From Anaeromyxobacter sp. (lineage in GTDB: Bacteria; Myxococcota; Myxococcia; Myxococcales; Anaeromyxobacteraceae), in the NCBI GenBank assembly GCA_049840735.1, contig JASGJN010000004.1, positions 185,184 through 249,183 of the forward strand: a stretch of 64,000 bases of DNA, given 5' to 3'. The position numbers were made by a program, and so were the translations under genes. Positions 1-11,366 of this stretch are shown here, in pieces. Each line of letters begins with the position of its first letter. Position 1 is the first letter of the stretch. The notes under the pieces were generated by a model. It was not told the origin of the DNA. It did no database searches and was given only the letters and a program-made list of their open reading frames with translations.

Positions 1-127
1 TGGAGGCGCGCCACCAGGACAGCGTCATCAAGCTGCTGGTCCCCGACGGCGCCGCCATCCCGGAGTCCGGCCACGTCCGGTTCGACCCCGACCACACGCA
101 GCTCTACGCGGACGGCTGGAGCACGCG

Positions 128-131
<4 letters not shown>
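1..131 (+). CDS. C-terminal end of ABC transporter ATP-binding protein (partial)
   Basis: Open frame ...SVIKLLVPDGAAIPESGHVRFDPDHTQLYADGWSTR*; stop overlaps next ATG (ATGA); position before two permeases. Confidence 0.7.
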
Positions 132-1902
<1,771 letters not shown>

Positions 1903-1915
1903 AGGGAGGCCGCGC

Positions 1916-2212
1916 GTGAGTCCTGAACTGCATGGCCTCGGCTGGATGGCCTGGACGTGGCAGACCGCGGCGTTCTTCGCCTTCATCGGCCTGCTCCTGG
2001 CGCTGATGATGGTCTGGGAGTGGCGCCGCCCGGGCGGCGCGCCGCGGCGGGGCGTGCTGCGCATCGTCACCACCCGGGGCGACCGGCTCTTCATCTCGCT
2101 GCTCTCGGCGGCCTACCTGCACATCGGCTGGCTGGCCCTCACCTCCGTGACGCTGTGGGGCGCCACCGCCGCCTCGGCGGTGCTGGCGGTGCTGGTGTTC
2201 CGGTACGTCTGA
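1916..2212 (+). CDS. DUF2160-like small membrane protein of glycerol ABC operon
   Basis: WMAWTWQTA...RRGVLRIVTTRGDRLFISLL motif; RBS GGAGG. Confidence 0.8.
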   Translation: MSPELHGLGWMAWTWQTAAFFAFIGLLLALMMVWEWRRPGGAPRRGVLRIVTTRGDRLFISLLSAAYLHIGWLALTSVTLWGATAASAVLAVLVFRYV

Positions 2213-2366
2213 AGCGGGGGCTGCGCCCCCGCCCCGCCGGCAGAGCCGTCGGGGCCCCACCCCTGCTACGCTGGGTCCCAGCGCGCTGCGGCCTTCGGCC
2301 TTGCGCGCGACCCAGCGCCGAGGGGCTTCGCCCCTCCCCCGGCCACATGCCGGAGCCCCCACCCCA
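2211..2366 (+). repeat. ~155-bp dispersed intergenic repeat, copy 1
   Basis: Nearly identical to 23131-23289; internal hairpins such as cgctgggtc...gacccagcg and aggggcttcgcccct. Confidence 0.85.
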
Positions 2367-2443
2367 GCGCCCCATCCAGTTCACGCTCGGGCAGTCCCGG
2401 CGGCCCCTGGCGCGGCGGGCCGGGCCGGGCCATGCTCCTGGGC

Positions 2444-3622
2444 ATGCCCCGCCCGCCCGCCACCTCGACCCACGCCGCCGGCCTGTCCGCCAACGTGTAC
2501 AGCGCGCTGGTGGAGCGGGCCCGGTCCATGCCCGGCCCCATCTACCCGCTGCACGTGGGCGACACCTGGCGCTCGCCGCCGGAGGGGGCGCGGGCCGAGG
2601 ACCAGCGCGAGGCGGAGTTCCCGCGGCTGCACGCCTACGCCCCGGTGACCGGCGAGCCGGAGCTGGTGGAGGCGGTGCGCGAGCACCTGCGCGCGCGCCA
2701 CGGCCTGGCGCTCGCGCCCGAGCAGCTGCAGATCATGCCCGGCGCCACCGGCGGGCTGACCACGGTGCTGACCGCGCTGCTCGACCCCGGGGACGAACTG
2801 CTGCTCCCCTCGCCGTTCTGGCCGCTGATCCGCGGCATCGCCGCCGCGCGCGGCTGCCGGGTGGTGGAGGTGCCGTTCTTCACGCGGCTGGGCACGCCCG
2901 GCTTCGATCCGGAGGCCGCGCTGGAGCGGGCGGTCACGCCCCGCACCGCCGCCGTCTACGTGAACGACCCGCACAACCCCACCGGCCGCGTCCTCGACGA
3001 CGACACCGTGGCGGCCATCGCCCGGGTGGCGCGCCGGCACGACCTGTGGGTGGTGGCGGACGCGGCCTACGAGGACCTGCGCTACGGCGAGGCGCGGCCG
3101 CCCCCCTGGCTGCGGCCCGAGCTGGTGGAGCGGACCATCGTGAGCGGCACGGTGTCGAAGAGCCACGCCATGGCGGGCGCGCGGGTGGGCTGGTCGTTCG
3201 GGCCGGAGGCGCCCATGCGCGCGGTCCGCGGGGTGCAGACGTTCCAGCACTACTGCGCCGCGCGCCCCATGCAGCGGGCCGCCGCGCGGGCGCTGCGGAT
3301 GGGCGAGGGGTGGCTGGCCGGGCTGCGGCGCGAGTACGCCGCGGCCGGCGCCGCAGCGGCCGCCGCGCTGGGCCTGCCCGCGCCGCAGGGCGGGACGTTC
3401 CTGTTCGCCGACGCCACGCCCTGGCTGCGCCCCGGCGAGGCGCTGCAGGGCTTCCTGGAGCGGTGCCTGGAGGCCGGCGTGCTGCTGACGCCCGGCCTGG
3501 CCGCCGGGCAGGACTTCGGCAGCTGGGTGCGGCTCTGCTTCACCGCCGTGCCGCCGGGGGACCTGGCGCAGGCGCTGCGGCGGCTGCAGCCGGTGCTCGC
3601 CAGCGGTCCTGGAGGTCCGTAG
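2444..3622 (+). CDS. PLP-dependent aminotransferase class I/II
   Basis: PHNPTG, DAAY, TVSKSHAMAGARVG (PLP lysine). Confidence 0.9.
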   Translation: MPRPPATSTHAAGLSANVYSALVERARSMPGPIYPLHVGDTWRSPPEGARAEDQREAEFPRLHAYAPVTGEPELVEAVREHLRARHGLALAPEQLQIMPGATGGLTTVLTALLDPGDELLLPSPFWPLIRGIAAARGCRVVEVPFFTRLGTPGFDPEAALERAVTPRTAAVYVNDPHNPTGRVLDDDTVAAIARVARRHDLWVVADAAYEDLRYGEARPPPWLRPELVERTIVSGTVSKSHAMAGARVGWSFGPEAPMRAVRGVQTFQHYCAARPMQRAAARALRMGEGWLAGLRREYAAAGAAAAAALGLPAPQGGTFLFADATPWLRPGEALQGFLERCLEAGVLLTPGLAAGQDFGSWVRLCFTAVPPGDLAQALRRLQPVLASGPGGP

Positions 3623-3636
3623 CGAGGACCGGCGGT

Positions 3637-4589
3637 TCACTGACCGTCAGCTCGGGGGCGGACCGGGAGCGGGACGCTGCACAGGTCGATCCGGCCGGCC
3701 GGCACCTTGTACCAGGTGCCACCGCGGTTGCGCCGGGACTCGACCAGCCGGTCCCACGTGGTCCCCTCGGTGCGGAGGAGCTCGAGCTGCGGGCGTCCGG
3801 CAGCGGGCAGATCGGCGAGCACGCGCACGCTGCGGATGGGCGTCCTCAGCTCCGGCTGCTCGTGGAAGCCCATGGGCGCGGGGCCGCGCGGCAGCGAGGA
3901 CAGGTGCTCCATGCCCTGGACCACCCGGCCGACCACGGTGATGTTCCGGTCCAGCGTGCGCGGGGCGTGGCCGATCACCGCGAACAGGTTGGTGCCGTCG
4001 CCGGTGGCCGGGTCGTCTGCGCGCGCGAGGCCCACCGCGCCGTAGCAGTGCGTCAGCCAGGCCTCGCCGGTGCGGGCGTCCCGGGCGGCCGGGAACCCGG
4101 CGGAGAAGCCGACCTCCGGCGCGTACAGGTCGCCGTCCGGCAGGGGCGTGAACGGCAGGTCCGCGGCGGCGCGGGTGAACTCCGCCGGGAGCGCGGCCGG
4201 GCCGGCCTTGATTGGCCGCGCCTTGGCCGGCTCGTCGCCGTCCGGGTCGCCCCACTGCGCGACGTAGCCGTCCTGGACGCGATACACCGACAGGCCGTCG
4301 AAGTAGCCCTCCCGCACCAGCGCCAGGATCCGCTCCACGTGCCTCGGCGCGAAGTCCGGCGCCAGCGCGATCACCACGCGCCCCCCGGGCAGCTCCATGA
4401 CCAGGGTGTGCGCGGGATTCGAGCGCCGCCCAGTCCCCCGGCGCTGACGCGGCCAGGACGTCCTTCATCTCCAGGCGCGCCGCGGCCGGCGCCGCGGCCG
4501 AGGCCTGCCCGACGCCGCGGCAGCCGGCGAGCATGGTCCCGCTGACCAGGACGAGGGAAGCGACCAGACCGGATTCGAGAGCTGGGCAT
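3637..4589 (-). CDS. Cyclophilin-type peptidyl-prolyl isomerase lipoprotein (two apparent +1 frameshifts at 4572-4576 and 4416-4420)
   Basis: [47 protein letters not shown]; removing one base at each GATTC gives [23 protein letters not shown] (lipobox) fused in frame. Confidence 0.85.
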
Positions 4590-4684
4590 TCGTCACACCT
4601 TATCGCGACCTCGACGGGGGCGCCGCGCCCCGGCCAGGGAGGCGCCGAGACAGGGGGCCTGGGGCGCGCATAGAGTCGGCTGCA

Positions 4685-5672
4685 ATGCCTCCCACCGACG
4701 CCCCTCGCATCCTCGTCCGCAGCGCCGAGCGCGGGACCCCCGACGCGTTCTCGCATCCGTACAACCCGAGCTCCGAGATCCACGGCTGGACGCTGGCGGC
4801 CGCCGCCGGGCTGACGCGCATCGGCGTCAGCCTGGCCTGGCTGCCGCCAGGGAAGGAGTCCTTCGCCTTCCACCGCCACCATCGCGAGGAGGAGTGGATG
4901 TTCGTCCTCTCCGGCAGCGGGACGGTGGACGTCGACGACGCGTCGCTCCCGGTCGGGCCGGGCGACTTCCTGGGCTTCCCGCCGGGCGTGGCCCACCTGG
5001 TCCGCAACACCGGGACGGAGGACCTCCACTTCCTGCAGGGCGGCGAGTCCTTCGGCGACGTCGAGGTGGCCGACTTCCCGCGCCTGCGCCGGCGCATGGT
5101 CCGCACCGGCCACCAGCTGACGGTCTACCCGCTCGACGCCGAGGTCCCCTTCCTCCCGCCCGGCGTGTCGCTGCCGCCTCCCCCGCCCCGGCCAGCGCCG
5201 CGCGTCCTGGTGCGCGCCGCCGACCGCGGCGAGCCCCGCGCCTTCCACCACCCGGAGAACCCGGCAGGCGAGGTCCATCTCACGCCGCTCTCGCGCCCGG
5301 CGGGGCTCTCGCGCGTGGCGGTGGTCCTGACCCGCGTCCCGGCCGGCCGCGACGCCTACGCCTTCCACGTCCACCAGCACGACGAGGAGTGGCTCTACGT
5401 CCTCTCGGGCCGCGGCGAGGCGCTGGTGGGCGACGCCGTGCACGCCATCGGCCCGGGCGACTTCCTCGGCTTCCCGCCCCGCGGCCCGGGCCACGACACC
5501 CGCGCGCTGCCGGGCGAGGACCTCGTCTACCTCTGCGGCGGCGACGCCTGGTCGCGCTCCACCATCGAGAATCGTGGACTTCCCGCGCCTGGGCCGCCGG
5601 CGCACCTTCGTCGGCACCCGCGAGGCGCTCACCTTCCCGCTCGAGTCTGCGCGGGAGCGCCCGCCGCGCTGA
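4685..5672 (+). CDS. Tandem two-domain cupin protein (apparent frameshift at 5569-5573)
   Basis: Two repeats of H-x-H...EEW..VLSG...GPGDFLGFP...H; second domain continues EIVDFPRL after correction. Confidence 0.8.
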
Positions 5673-5848
5673 GGGCGCCAGGGCCGGCTGCCCGCGATCC
5701 AGGCAGCCGCCGCCCGGTTCGCGGGCGCGCCACGCCGCTGGCCTTCGCGCTTTGCGCGCCTGCGCCGCGCTGCCGCCGGTACGCCGGCTGCAACCCCGGC
5801 CGGCGAGGGGCAGCGGCCGGCCGGCCCGGCCACGGACGAGGAGCGAAC

Positions 5849-6187
5849 GTGAAGCGGATCGAGGCCATCATCCGGCCGTCCAAGCTGGAGGACGCGAAGC
5901 GGGCGCTGGCCCACCCCTGGATCGCCGGCATCACCGCCGGCGAGGTGAAGGGGTACGGGCGCCAGCGCGGCCACGTGGAGGTCTACCGCGGCGCGGAGTA
6001 CGCCACCTCCATGGTCCCCAAGATCAAGATCGAGATCGTGGTCCCGGACCCGCTGGTCCCGCGGCTGGTGGGGGACCTGGCGGACTGGCTCAAGACCGGC
6101 AAGATCGGCGACGGGAAGATCTTCGTCACGCCGGTGGACGACGCGGTCCGCGTCCGGACTGGGGAGCGGGGCGAGGCGGCGCTGTGA
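5849..6187 (+). CDS. glnB: Nitrogen regulatory protein P-II family
   Basis: GTG start after GAGGAG; IEAIIRPSKL, T-loop YRGAEY, TGKIGDGKIFV, RVRTGERGEAAL; glnB versus glnK not resolvable. Confidence 0.85.
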   Translation: MKRIEAIIRPSKLEDAKRALAHPWIAGITAGEVKGYGRQRGHVEVYRGAEYATSMVPKIKIEIVVPDPLVPRLVGDLADWLKTGKIGDGKIFVTPVDDAVRVRTGERGEAAL

Positions 6188-6264
6188 CGGCCCGGGGCTT
6201 GGGGTGAAGCCACGCCGCGGGCGCACCGGCGCGCGCCCCGCGACCGCGGCCCGGCGGCTCCGGC

Positions 6265-7290
6265 TCAGGCCTGCCGGCTGGCCTTGAGCCACTCCAGCGC
6301 GGCGATGGCCGCGCCGCGGGCGCCGGCCATGTCCAGGTGCTGGACCACCTCGAACCGGGCCACCTGCTCCTGCTCGGCGCGCAGGTACGTGTGCTCCCGC
6401 ACCTTGGCCAGGAACCAGGCCCGGAACTCGGGGGCCGCCTCCACCACGCCGCCGCCCAGGAAGTAGGCGTCCGGGTCGGTGAAGTTGGCGGCGACCGTGA
6501 AGAGCCGCCCGATGGCCATGGCCTGCTGCTCGAAGATCTTGAGCGCCAGCGGGTCCTGCTTCTCGCCGTAGCCGCGGACCTGCTTGGCCGCGTCGGCGAC
6601 CGGCAGCTTCGCCAGCGGGTGGTCGGGGTGGCGGGTGAGCCAGTACGGCAGCAGGTTCTCGCGGATGCCGGTCAGCGAGGCCACGCTCTCGGCGTCGCCC
6701 ACGAACCCGCAGTTGCAGCGCGGCATGGGCTGGCCGTCGCCCAGCAGGCCGTGCATCGGGATGTGCACGTGGCCGAGCTCGCCGGCCATGCCGGCCGCGC
6801 CCTTGACCACGTTGCCCTGCTCGATCACGCCGCCGCCCAGCCCGGTGCCGACGATGGCGGAGACCGAGGAGCGCCGGTGCGCGTCGGCGCCGAAGCACTC
6901 GTAGTGCGCGTAGAGCGCGGCCGCGTTGCCGTCGTTGTTGTAGATGACCGGCAGGCCAATCCGCTGCTCGACCGCGCCGCGGAAGTCGAACGAGCGCCAG
7001 CCCGGGTGGGCGAAGTTGGTCGAGCCCTTGGCGGTGATGACGCCGGTGGCGCTGGCCGGGCCGGGCGTGTCGAGGCCGACGGCGCGCACGCGCGTGCGGT
7101 CGATGCCCAGCTTCTGGAGGACGCCGTCGAAGGACTGGGCCAGCGCCTCCACGGCGACCTCCGGCCCCTCCTTCACGCGGCTCGGGTTCTCCACCAGCGT
7201 GTGGACGAGGAAGTTCCCCGCGAGGTCGAGGACGGTCGCGTTATTGGCGGTGCCCCCGTTGTCGAGCCCCACCACCACCCCGTGATCCAT
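6265..7290 (-). CDS. ROK-family sugar kinase (glucokinase-like)
   Basis: GLDNGGT, NNDGNAAA, GTGLGGG, AGELGH, CNCG. Confidence 0.85.
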   Translation of the reverse strand: MDHGVVVGLDNGGTANNATVLDLAGNFLVHTLVENPSRVKEGPEVAVEALAQSFDGVLQKLGIDRTRVRAVGLDTPGPASATGVITAKGSTNFAHPGWRSFDFRGAVEQRIGLPVIYNNDGNAAALYAHYECFGADAHRRSSVSAIVGTGLGGGVIEQGNVVKGAAGMAGELGHVHIPMHGLLGDGQPMPRCNCGFVGDAESVASLTGIRENLLPYWLTRHPDHPLAKLPVADAAKQVRGYGEKQDPLALKIFEQQAMAIGRLFTVAANFTDPDAYFLGGGVVEAAPEFRAWFLAKVREHTYLRAEQEQVARFEVVQHLDMAGARGAAIAALEWLKASRQA

Positions 7291-7439
7291 TGCGTCGCTC
7301 CTTTTGCCCCGCCGCGGCGCCGCCCCCCGGCCCGCCGGCTGCGGGGCGGGATTCTATACGGAACCCGCCGGCTGTCGCCCCCGGCGAGTGCGTGCGTCTG
7401 TCGCAGGAGCGGCCGCCCAGGGGGCCGGCCGCAGCCGCC

Positions 7440-8258
7440 TCACCGCCCCGGTGCGGCGCCCCCGTCCGCGCCCAGCCCCATGGCCTCGCGCAATTCGCGC
7501 GCCTTGGCCTGCAGGAGGCGCGTGTTGCGGGGCCCCATGCGCAGCAGGTGCTTCTCCGCCTCGGGCAGCCGCTCCAGGGCCGGGTCCTCGTACAGGTAGA
7601 CGCCCCCCTCGTCCACCACGGCCAGGTCCCCGTCCCGGACCGGCGCCCGCTCGATGCGCCGCAGCGCGCGCCCCACCACGGCGTCGATGGACGCCTGCGG
7701 GTAGCCCAGCTTGCGGTAGGCGCCCTCCAGCACCCGCTTCAAGGACCGGTAGGCGCTCCCCAGCGCCCGCGGGTCCACGGAGGCCACGGCGTCGCCGAAG
7801 GCGTCGTAGCGGGCGTAGGCGCCAGGGTCGATGACGGTCTTGCCGTCGCGCTGGACGACGCTGAACGCCTTGGACGGCGCGAGGAACGCGAGCTCGCGCC
7901 GCGGCGAGACCCCCTCCCCCAGGTTGTCGGCCACCACCGCCGCCTTGCGCAGCAGGTCGCCGCTCGCGAGCCACTGGCGGTAGAGCGGGTCCTGCGAGGC
8001 CGGCTCCAGCAGCCCGCGCACGTCGGCGTCGCTGGCCGTGGCCAGCGCGGGCGGCTCCTGCGCCGGCGCTCCCGCCCCGATCTCGGCCGGGCCCGAGCCC
8101 GCCACCGGCTGCAGGTCGGGGACCGCGGGCGCCTGCCGGCCCACCCACCAGACGACCAGCGCCACCACCGCCGCGGCGACGGCGACGCCGCCGATCACCC
8201 AGGGAAGCTTGCCGGGGCGCCGCAGCGTGGTGCGAGGTCCGGTCTCCATCGGCTCCAT
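7440..8258 (-). CDS. DUF3014-like membrane-anchored protein
   Basis: N-terminal TM; YARYD, AYRKLGYP, YLYEDPALERLPEAEKHLLRMGPRN; RBS GGAGGAG. Confidence 0.8.
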   Translation of the reverse strand: MEPMETGPRTTLRRPGKLPWVIGGVAVAAAVVALVVWWVGRQAPAVPDLQPVAGSGPAEIGAGAPAQEPPALATASDADVRGLLEPASQDPLYRQWLASGDLLRKAAVVADNLGEGVSPRRELAFLAPSKAFSVVQRDGKTVIDPGAYARYDAFGDAVASVDPRALGSAYRSLKRVLEGAYRKLGYPQASIDAVVGRALRRIERAPVRDGDLAVVDEGGVYLYEDPALERLPEAEKHLLRMGPRNTRLLQAKARELREAMGLGADGGAAPGR

Positions 8259-8505
8259 GGCTCCTCCTGCTGCGGCCGGCTTGCAGCCCCTGGCGCCCGG
8301 CGTGGCACCCGCGGGGCTTGGGGGACGCGATGTGGGAGGACAGCCTCGCACGAGGCCGCCGGCACCTCCAGCGTCGAGATCGGGCCCGACCCTCCGCCGG
8401 TCCCCGAGCGAGCCCGCCTCCACTGGCGGTCGGTGAGCAGGTTCTCGTACGATGCCCTCGCCCGCCTGCCCGGCCCGCCCGGGCGGCGCGAAACAGGAGC
8501 TCGAC

Positions 8506-9135
8506 ATGCCCCTCCGGCCCGGACGGCTGACCCTGCTCACGCTGGCGTCGCTCCTCGCGCTCGTCGCCGCTCCCGCGCACGCCGCGCTCACGCTGGAGCT
8601 GGACTACGGCCTGGCGCGACCGCCCAGCGGCGGGCTCGAGCAGGCGCTCGACGGCGCGGGCAAGGAGTCCGACCTCTTCGCCACCTCGCTGCAGGTGATC
8701 GGCGGAGCGGTGCTGCTCGACCTGGGCGGCCTGGAGCTGGGCGCGGTGGCGGACAGCACCAGCGGCAAGGACTCCCCCTCCCAGACCGCCGTCGGCGGGC
8801 TCTTCGGCGTCCGCTTCGGCGACAAGCTCCGCCTCGAGCTGCTGGGCGAGGCCGGCGGCCACCGGTACGGAGACTTCCTGCAGAACCCCGACGTCGTCAC
8901 GGCCTCCTCGAAGGAGGAGTGGCTCTTCTACGTGGGGCTGCGGCCCGGGTTCGCCTACCGCTTCGACCTGATCCCCAAGGGGCCGGGCCTGGTGCTGGGC
9001 ATCTGGGCGTTCGCCCGCTGGGACGTGAAGAGCAAGGACGTCCCGGTGACGGTGGGCAGCGGCGGCTCCCCCGGCACGCTCTCGCTGGGCGGCACGAGCA
9101 TCGGCGCGACGCTGCGCGCCGGGATCGAGTTCTAG
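8506..9135 (+). CDS. Exported hypothetical protein, probable outer-membrane beta-barrel
   Basis: Signal peptide ending AHA; amphipathic strands; C-terminal LRAGIEF. Confidence 0.6.
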   Translation: MPLRPGRLTLLTLASLLALVAAPAHAALTLELDYGLARPPSGGLEQALDGAGKESDLFATSLQVIGGAVLLDLGGLELGAVADSTSGKDSPSQTAVGGLFGVRFGDKLRLELLGEAGGHRYGDFLQNPDVVTASSKEEWLFYVGLRPGFAYRFDLIPKGPGLVLGIWAFARWDVKSKDVPVTVGSGGSPGTLSLGGTSIGATLRAGIEF

Positions 9136-9240
9136 CGGGGGCTGGCGGGCCGCTTGCCCAGAGGGGCCAGTTCGCGGCGTGCAGGGTGGGGGCCCCAGCG
9201 CAGCTTGAGGGAGGGGCGCAGCCCCCGGGGATGTCAGGCC

Positions 9241-9468
9241 CTACGCCCGGGCGACGGCCGGCCGGGCCTGCAGCGCGGTGCGCGCGCGGTTCACGCGACG
9301 CGCGCTCGCCACCGCGACCAGCACGACCAGCGAGACGGCGGCCACGAACAGCACCGGCATGGAGAAGCCACCGGTGGTGGAGGCAATCCCTACGAAGGCG
9401 GCGCCGGAGAAGAGCGCCAGGAAGAACGAGGCAACCTCAAGCGGCTCGAGCAGCATGTCGGTCAGCAC
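9241..9468 (-). CDS. Small two-TM hypothetical protein
   Basis: RBS GGAGG; two hydrophobic segments. Confidence 0.5.
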   Translation of the reverse strand: MLTDMLLEPLEVASFFLALFSGAAFVGIASTTGGFSMPVLFVAAVSLVVLVAVASARRVNRARTALQARPAVARA

Positions 9469-9625
9469 GAGAACCTCCCGTAGGACGTGCTCACGTTAAG
9501 CCAACCCGATCGTGACTGATCTGCGGCCTGGTGTCCTCGGACCACGTGTCGCAGCCGATCGTGGGGTGGGGTGTGGGGATGGCGAGCTGTCGCACACTCA
9601 CGGGGGGACACCCGCCGGGCGGCCG

Positions 9626-10375
9626 TCACTCGGAGGACGAGCTGAGCGCGAACTCGCGGAGGCCGGCCACGCGGTGGAGCGCCAGGGCCAGCGGCTCGCG
9701 GTTGCGCTGGTCGTGGGTCCAGAGCGAGAGCCGGTACTCGAAGTCGCCGGAGACCAGATCGGCCCGGTAGCCCACGTCCACCACGCGGAAGCCGTGCTCG
9801 CGCAGCAGCGCCCGCAGCTCGGCCTCGGGCATCACCTGGTCCGCGCCGAAGCGGACCAGCCCCGCGGCGAAGTGCTGCGTGGGCACGCGCCGCTCGATCT
9901 GGCGGAAGACCGTCAGCACGCCCAGCGTCATCACCGCGGAGGTGTACGCGGCCCCGTACAGCCCCACGCCCATCAGCACGCCGATGGCGGAGGTGATCCA
10001 GATCGAGGCCGCGGTGGTGAGGCCCCGGACCGAGAGCCCTTCCTTGAAGATCACCCCGGCGCCCAGGAAGCCGATGCCGGTGACGATCCCCTGCGCCATG
10101 CGCGTGGGGTCCACCCGCACCGCGTCGAGCGACCGGCCCACGAACCACTGCCCCTCGAACACGGTCACCAGCATCAGCGTGGCGGAGGCGAGCGAGACCA
10201 GGGTGTGCGTCCGGAACCCGGCCGGCCGCCCGTGGTAGCTGCGCTCCAGGCCGATCGCGCCGCCGGCCAGCAGCGCCCCACCCAGCCGCGCCAGCACGTC
10301 CTGCCAGGCCCCGGGCGTGAGCGAGAGCGCCTCGCGCAGCGCGTCCGCGTCCAGCGCCGCCAGGAGATCCGTCAC
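9626..10375 (-). CDS. MgtC/SapB family protein
   Basis: IGLERSYHGRPAGFRTH, DPTRMAQGIVTGIGFLGAG, GLTTAASIW. Confidence 0.92.
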   Translation of the reverse strand: MTDLLAALDADALREALSLTPGAWQDVLARLGGALLAGGAIGLERSYHGRPAGFRTHTLVSLASATLMLVTVFEGQWFVGRSLDAVRVDPTRMAQGIVTGIGFLGAGVIFKEGLSVRGLTTAASIWITSAIGVLMGVGLYGAAYTSAVMTLGVLTVFRQIERRVPTQHFAAGLVRFGADQVMPEAELRALLREHGFRVVDVGYRADLVSGDFEYRLSLWTHDQRNREPLALALHRVAGLREFALSSSSE

Positions 10376-10529
10376 GGGCTGCCTCCCCTCCGGCCGGCCG
10401 ACCGGCCTTCACTTGAGGATAACGCCGCGCGGCCCGGGGCGGCAGTTTCCGGGCAGGGCGCCCGCCGGCGCGCTCCGGCTTGCGCGCGGCGGCTCCATCC
10501 GTTATAGCGGAGACCCCGACAGGAGCGCC

Positions 10530-11234
10530 ATGTCCGCCGCCAAGCCCCGCACCGCCGACCCCTACGGCGACCTCGCCGTCATCGACGCGCGCGCCCCGCG
10601 CTTCAACCAGGCCGTGGTCGGCCTCCTCTCCGCCGCCGGGGCGCTCACCGGCGCCTGGTGGCCCTTCCTGCTGGTCTCGGCCCAGCTGGCGCTCGGGCTC
10701 TGGCTGGGGCGCCGCTTCTGCCTGCCCTGCCGCTTCTACTTCGACGTGATCCAGCCGCGGGTGGGCGAGGGGCCGCTGGAGGACAGCCGCCCGCCGCGCT
10801 TCGCCAACCAGCTCGGCGCGGTGGTCACCGGGGCGGCCGCGCTGGCCGGCGCCGCCGGGCTGGGCGGGGTGGCGGCCGCCCTGGGCGGCCTGGTGGCGGC
10901 GCTGGCGCTGCTCTCCGCCGCGACCGGCTTCTGCGCCGGCTGCTGGCTCTACGCCACCACCGCGCGGCTGCGCGGGCTCCGCACGCGCCAGCTCGACCGG
11001 ATTGACCTGGAGGAGCTGCAGGTGCCGCCCGGCCGCGAGGTGGTGGTGCAGTTCACGCACCCGCTCTGCTCCGACTGCCACGCGCTCACCGGCCGGCTCC
11101 GCGCCGCGGGCGAGGCGCCGGTGCTGGTGGACGTCTCGCGCCGGCCGGACCTGGCGCGCCGCTACGGCGTCGCCGTGGTGCCCTTCGCCGTGCGCGTGGC
11201 CCCCGACGGCCGCGTGTGCGCGCAGGTCGCCTGA
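10530..11234 (+). CDS. DUF4395-like membrane domain fused to thioredoxin-like domain
   Basis: IDARAPRFNQ, EDSRPPRFAN, GFCAGCWLY; C-terminal FTHPLCSDC...LARRYGVAVVP. Confidence 0.75.
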   Translation: MSAAKPRTADPYGDLAVIDARAPRFNQAVVGLLSAAGALTGAWWPFLLVSAQLALGLWLGRRFCLPCRFYFDVIQPRVGEGPLEDSRPPRFANQLGAVVTGAAALAGAAGLGGVAAALGGLVAALALLSAATGFCAGCWLYATTARLRGLRTRQLDRIDLEELQVPPGREVVVQFTHPLCSDCHALTGRLRAAGEAPVLVDVSRRPDLARRYGVAVVPFAVRVAPDGRVCAQVA

Positions 11235-11366
11235 GACCACCAGTACGTGCCTCCGGGACCGCGCCCCGCCTGACGCGGCGAAAGTGTTTCTCCCTCCGCG
11301 ACCCGGGCTCTAGACTCCCGGCCCCGTGGCGCAAGCGGCCAGGCGCCACCCCAGGAGGAGAGAACG

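Noticed and set aside
4685..6187. Cupin-P-II fusion (500-aa ORF)
   Set aside because: Artefact of the extra base at 5569-5573; P-II has its own RBS and GTG start
11278..11292. LacI-type operator (GAAAGTGTTTC) before the amylase
   Set aside because: Single imperfect site with no cognate regulator in the window
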